NCBI GenBank assembly: GCA_963674965.2
Contig: CAXXFL010000005.1
Location: 320,001-384,000, forward strand
Length of the DNA: 64,000 bases
DNA from: a bacterium
GTDB taxonomy: Bacteria > RBG-13-61-14 > DATKZS01
Reading direction: 5' to 3'
Position 1 is the first letter of the stretch, and every line of letters starts with the position of its first letter. The position numbers were made by a program, and so were the translations under genes. Shown here piece after piece: positions 59,971-64,000 of the stretch. A model generated the notes under the pieces. That model worked only from the letters and a program-made list of their open reading frames with translations, was not told where the DNA came from and did not search any database.

Positions 59971-60777
59971 ATGGCAAAGGCTTTTTCCATGGCGAGTTGG
60001 AACGTCGAGCATTTCAAGGGCGACCCGGCCCGGGTCAAGCGCGTGGTGCAATTTTTAAAGGACCAGAATCCGGACGTTTTCGCGCTCTATGAAGTGGAAG
60101 GAAAAACCGTGTTCGGCGACCTGACCCGGATGATGCCCAGGTATACCTTCCACGTCACCGAGGGGCCGCAGACGCAGGAAATACTGGTGGGACTCAAGTC
60201 ATCGTTCACGGGTTTCTTCACTCAAAAGCTCGAGTTTAAAAAGGGCAACCAATACCTTCGGCCCGGGGCCCTTCTTACCGTGGTCGCGGGGGGCGCCACC
60301 TATCCGATTTTATTCCTTCACACCAAATCCAGCGCCTTGCCGGAGGGACTGGGCCTGAGGGATTCCATGTTCGAGCGGGCCTTCAAATTCAAGAGCACCC
60401 TCGATAAGCAGGCCGGCGGAAACGGCAAGTCGAACTTCATTTTCCTGGGCGACCTGAACACCATGGGCATGAAGTATCCTTTCAAGCTCGATATACCGGC
60501 GGGAAAGGAAATCGAGAAGATCGACAAGGACGCCAAGAAGAAAAAGATGAGGCGGCTGGGCAAAAACGCGGCCGCCACCTGGTGGAACGGGAGCGGGCGC
60601 CTCAAGCCGTCGGACCTGGACCACGTGGTGGCCTCGGACCAGGTGAAGTTCAAGGCCATTAAAGGGTCCCCCATCGACGTCCGGGGATGGCCCAACCAGA
60701 CAACGGACGCGGCCAGGCAAAAATGGATCAAGGAATACTCGGACCACGCCCTCCTTTACATGGAAGTGCAAAAATAG
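59971..60777 (+). CDS. Endonuclease/exonuclease/phosphatase (EEP) family protein
   Basis: SWNVEHF, DVFALYEV, LHTKS, GDLN, LDHV, SDH. Confidence 0.88.
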   Translation: MAKAFSMASWNVEHFKGDPARVKRVVQFLKDQNPDVFALYEVEGKTVFGDLTRMMPRYTFHVTEGPQTQEILVGLKSSFTGFFTQKLEFKKGNQYLRPGALLTVVAGGATYPILFLHTKSSALPEGLGLRDSMFERAFKFKSTLDKQAGGNGKSNFIFLGDLNTMGMKYPFKLDIPAGKEIEKIDKDAKKKKMRRLGKNAAATWWNGSGRLKPSDLDHVVASDQVKFKAIKGSPIDVRGWPNQTTDAARQKWIKEYSDHALLYMEVQK

Positions 60778-60877
60778 ACCTGAAAGGCGCGCGGAAATTT
60801 AAAGCCGCCCACCCGCGGTGGCCCGCCCGGTTTCGTAAAAGCCGCGCGGGTCATCACCACTTTTATTGCTTTCTTAA

Positions 60878-61100
60878 AGCCCCGAACGGGGCTGAGGGAT
60901 AAAGCCCAGGCGTGGAGGACGCGATCCGTGTCCGTAACCCTGGGTATGAAATAGAGAAAGGGTTCGAGCGCTGAAGGCGCGGCTTAATTTTTCCATCCAG
61001 GAAGAGGGCCGTATTTTCCCGGGCCTTTCCTCGTTTGCGCCGTCCCTTCAGGACTCATTTGTTTATCACCATCTTTTCCCAGGGTTTCGGCCGCCAATCG
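60878..61100. repeat. Degenerate REP-like palindromic cluster
   Basis: AGCCCCGAACGGGGCT hairpin; CCCAGG..CCTGGG; TTGCGCCGTCCCTTCAGGACTC repeated at 62121. Confidence 0.45.
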
Positions 61101-61167
61101 CGGCCTCCTTGAAACCATGGATGTCCCCTGATACTCTTGGACGCGGGGTAAGGGAATAGGAGGAAAA

Positions 61168-62040
61168 ATGAACAAGGCATTTCGGTTGACCTGGTTGATT
61201 ATAATGGCGGCGCTTTGGTGCTTCATCCTGGACGGATGTGCAAAGGATAAAAGCCCCGGACCGTCCGAGGATACACCCCCAGCCAAGACGCCCCTCGCCC
61301 AGACAGAAACAAAACTCCCGGCTCCACCCGCGGACAAGCCGGTCCCCAAGTCGCTGAATCCTGATTTTAAAAAGTTACTCGATCTGGATTTCGCCGAATG
61401 CAGGCGAGTGAAGGACAAAGAGAGCCTGGAACAATGCACGAACATTATTGTCCAGGAAGCCTATAAGATCATGATGATCAGTGACCCGGCCCTGGTCCCC
61501 GATCTGATCTTCATGGCCACTCCCCGGAGCATCCCGGCTCCTCCGGGCTATGAGATGGGAGACGGAATCGAACCGATCATTTATAAACAGGGCTACTGCC
61601 ATGTCCGGTATTTCTCGATCGTCGCCCTGGGCAAAATCAAGGACCCACAAGCGACCGATCCCCTCATCGAGATCATGGGTCAGCCATACACCCCCGAGAC
61701 CGCGTGCGACTTTTTCTGGGACGACGGCGACAAGTCCATGCAGTGCAATTACGTGGCGGACGCCCTAATCAAGATATCTCCGCCGGGCCTGGCCGGGCGC
61801 ATGATGGAGGGCTTTAAAAAGAGCATACCCGCCTATTCCAAGATTCAGAGCCAGATGAACGATATGGATTCTTCAAGCTTATACGACGTAAACCGGTTCC
61901 TCCATGATTTCGAACTTCCGGGCTGCTACCTCAAGGTCCTTAAGGCGATCGGCCCGGAAGGAACGGATGTGATCGCGGCGAAACTCCGGGACGAAACCAT
62001 CTCCGAGGATGAGCGGAAATTGCTGCAATGGGGTCCTTGA
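61168..62040 (+). CDS. Lipoprotein with HEAT-like repeats
   Basis: Lipobox ILDGC, Pro-rich linker, VRYFSIVALGKIKDPQATDPLI. Confidence 0.7.
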   Translation: MNKAFRLTWLIIMAALWCFILDGCAKDKSPGPSEDTPPAKTPLAQTETKLPAPPADKPVPKSLNPDFKKLLDLDFAECRRVKDKESLEQCTNIIVQEAYKIMMISDPALVPDLIFMATPRSIPAPPGYEMGDGIEPIIYKQGYCHVRYFSIVALGKIKDPQATDPLIEIMGQPYTPETACDFFWDDGDKSMQCNYVADALIKISPPGLAGRMMEGFKKSIPAYSKIQSQMNDMDSSSLYDVNRFLHDFELPGCYLKVLKAIGPEGTDVIAAKLRDETISEDERKLLQWGP

Positions 62041-62301
62041 TGAACGCGGATAAGGGAGCCGAACGGGTATCCTATGGATATGTTTGTTACCTATTACCCG
62101 TATAAGTGTCCCCATCTTTATTGCGCCGTCCTTTCAGGACTCCTTGTCGTTTTGAGATCTGTGGAGATCTGGGGACAGAAGATCTGAGATCTGGAGCGTA
62201 GCGAACCAGCAGAGAGCCTCTAATTCTATCTCATGTTTCTATATTCACCCGGTGGCGGTGGAAGGGAAAAGTTGAAACCCTGAAGCGGGGGAGGAATTCA
62301 T

Positions 62302-62341
62302 CCCGCGGCTACGCCGCCCATGCATGACGGGCGACCCAGGC
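62302..62341 (-). repeat. Solo copy of the array's REP-like palindrome
   Basis: Reverse complement GCCTGGGTCGCCCGTCATGCATGGGCGGCGTAGCCGCGGG matches the left arm of the 209-bp unit. Confidence 0.75.
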
Positions 62342-62437
62342 CCAAGATTTTACTCAAATTTTCCGGGATGATATCATCGGTCGGAAGCGCCGTTTATATC
62401 TATAAGAAATCCCAAGGGCGCGAGAGAAAACCGATTC

Positions 62438-63220
62438 ATGGAAGATGACTTCATAAAAACCCGGTTCGTGGCCATTGCCGACGGCGTGAAGATCGACGGG
62501 TTTTACGTGGCGCCTAGCGGGGACGGGCCGCTCCCGGTCATCATACTTTTGCACGGCATCCCCCGGGCAAAGCATACATCGAGCGACGGCTCGTACCGGG
62601 ACATCGCAGCGTCCTACGCGGAGCGGGGCTTTCTGGCGGCGACCTTCAACTTCAGGGGCACGGGAGAGTCGGGCGGGAACATCGGCCTCGGGGGCTGGAC
62701 CCGCGACCTGGCCGCGGTGATCGGCTACCTAAAGGACCTGCCCGAGGCGGACCCCTCGAGGATCGCCCTGCTCGGGTTCAGCGCGGGCGGGACCGCCGCC
62801 ATCCACGCCGCCGCCGTCAACCCGTCCGTGGCGGCCGCGGCCTCGGTCGGTTCTCCGGCCGAGTATTCCTTCCTCGAGGACACCATGTCCCCGGCGGAGT
62901 GGATCGGGCTGTTCCGCGAGATCGGCCTGATCAGGGACCCGGAATATCCGGCGTCCATCGAGGAATGGCTGGCCGAGTTCGACGAGTACAAGCCCGCCAA
63001 CTGGGTGGCCCGCGTGTCGCCCAAGCCCCTTTTAATCATGCACGGGGAGGAGGACGAGCTGATTCCGCTCGAGCACGCCCGGGCCATTTTCGAGGCGGCG
63101 GGCGACCCGAAGGACTTCCTCGTCGTTCCCGGCGGGGCCCATCGTCTCCGGGTGGACAGGCGGGCCTTGGACATGGCCATGGACTGGATATTAAAATGGA
63201 GAGATAGCTCGGGTCGATAA
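62438..63220 (+). CDS. Alpha/beta-fold hydrolase
   Basis: LHG, FNFRGTGESGG, nucleophile GFSAG, HGEEDELIP, GGAH. Confidence 0.9.
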   Translation: MEDDFIKTRFVAIADGVKIDGFYVAPSGDGPLPVIILLHGIPRAKHTSSDGSYRDIAASYAERGFLAATFNFRGTGESGGNIGLGGWTRDLAAVIGYLKDLPEADPSRIALLGFSAGGTAAIHAAAVNPSVAAAASVGSPAEYSFLEDTMSPAEWIGLFREIGLIRDPEYPASIEEWLAEFDEYKPANWVARVSPKPLLIMHGEEDELIPLEHARAIFEAAGDPKDFLVVPGGAHRLRVDRRALDMAMDWILKWRDSSGR

Positions 63221-63235
63221 AAGGAGGCGGCAACC

Positions 63236-64000
63236 ATGACGGAGCGCGGTTTTTTCAAGGAGGACAAATGCACCAGGTGCGGCGAGTGCTTTACGCGCTG
63301 CCAATACATGGACCTCACTCGCAAGGAGGCCATTCTCGAGATTCAAAGGCTCATTGACGGCAAGCCCACCCGCGTGGTCGAGAACAAGTGCATAAGCTGC
63401 TACGCCTGCGACGCCTTCTGCCCGGAGGACGCCCATCCTTACGAGCTGATCCTGGAGAGGTGGAACAAGCGCTACGAGCAAAAGGGGCTTCCGGTCCGGG
63501 CTGCTTACGTCATGCCCCACCACGCGCCCAACTACAGGGAGGACGTTATACCCTCGATGTCCTCGCGGGAAAAGGAGCTGCTTTCCAAGTGGCGCGAGAC
63601 GCCCTCGTCGGGAGAGTTCCTCTATCCCGGCTGCAACCTTCTCACCGTGCCGTATCTTTTCGACATGGCCGCCTTAAGCGAGCTTCCCGTCTCGGGCGAC
63701 TGGTCCCTTTGCTGCGGCGAGCCCCTGTTCAGGTCGGGCATGTTCGGCGAGGTGGAAAAGGTGGCCAAGGGCATCGAGGCCTACTACGCGGACAAGAAGG
63801 TGGACAAGATGGTCTTCGTGTGTCCCGCCTGCCTCAACATGTTCAGGAACGTCTTTCCCAGGCAGTTCGGCGCCAAGCTGGACTTCGAGTGCGAGTACAT
63901 CGCCACATGGCTCCTGCGCCGGATGGACGAGGGAAAGCTCAAGATCGACAAACCGCTTAACCGGGAGATCACCATCCACGACTCCTGCCACGCCCGCGTC
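63236..64000 (+). CDS. (Fe-S)-binding CCG-domain protein (HdrD/GlpC-like), truncated at the window edge
   Basis: Not in the ORF track; AAGGAGG RBS; CTRCGECFTRC, CISCYACDAFCP, YPGC, CCGEP, CPAC, HDSCH. Confidence 0.88.
   Translation, partial: MTERGFFKEDKCTRCGECFTRCQYMDLTRKEAILEIQRLIDGKPTRVVENKCISCYACDAFCPEDAHPYELILERWNKRYEQKGLPVRAAYVMPHHAPNYREDVIPSMSSREKELLSKWRETPSSGEFLYPGCNLLTVPYLFDMAALSELPVSGDWSLCCGEPLFRSGMFGEVEKVAKGIEAYYADKKVDKMVFVCPACLNMFRNVFPRQFGAKLDFECEYIATWLLRRMDEGKLKIDKPLNREITIHDSCHARV

Overview
64-kb window of a GC-rich anaerobic bacterial chromosome; gene content suggests an uncultured deltaproteobacterium-like lineage (inference). In order: (1) the start of a lower-GC exopolysaccharide locus (Wzc-like tyrosine kinase with an internal inserted domain, O-antigen-ligase-like protein, TPR protein); (2) a LarA-family nickel racemase/epimerase next to a gluconokinase-like FGGY kinase; (3) a 12.6-kb [FeFe]-hydrogenase cluster (hydCBA with electron-bifurcating signatures, hydG, hydE, no hydF) interleaved with a sensory hydrogenase-histidine kinase fusion, two more kinases and a receiver, behind a near-consensus sigma-54 promoter; (4) rpmH-rnpA-yidD-yidC-jag without dnaA or mnmE; (5) a stand-alone rplC with its own promoter and terminator; (6) a phage-replication-like ORF beside a ~2-kb array of ten 209-bp palindromic REP/BIME-like units with a 418-bp higher-order period; (7) an FN3 lipoprotein, PilZ protein and diguanylate cyclase; (8) mixed housekeeping and accessory genes (ArsR-permease, yebC-ruvCAB, GH38, YfhO, dnaK-hsp20, iolM, peptidases, mobB, dtd, EEP nuclease). 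Two 186-bp copies of a MITE with terminal inverted repeats and 4-bp target duplications are present. I found no rRNA, tRNA or CRISPR array. All family calls come from motif recognition by eye, not database searches.
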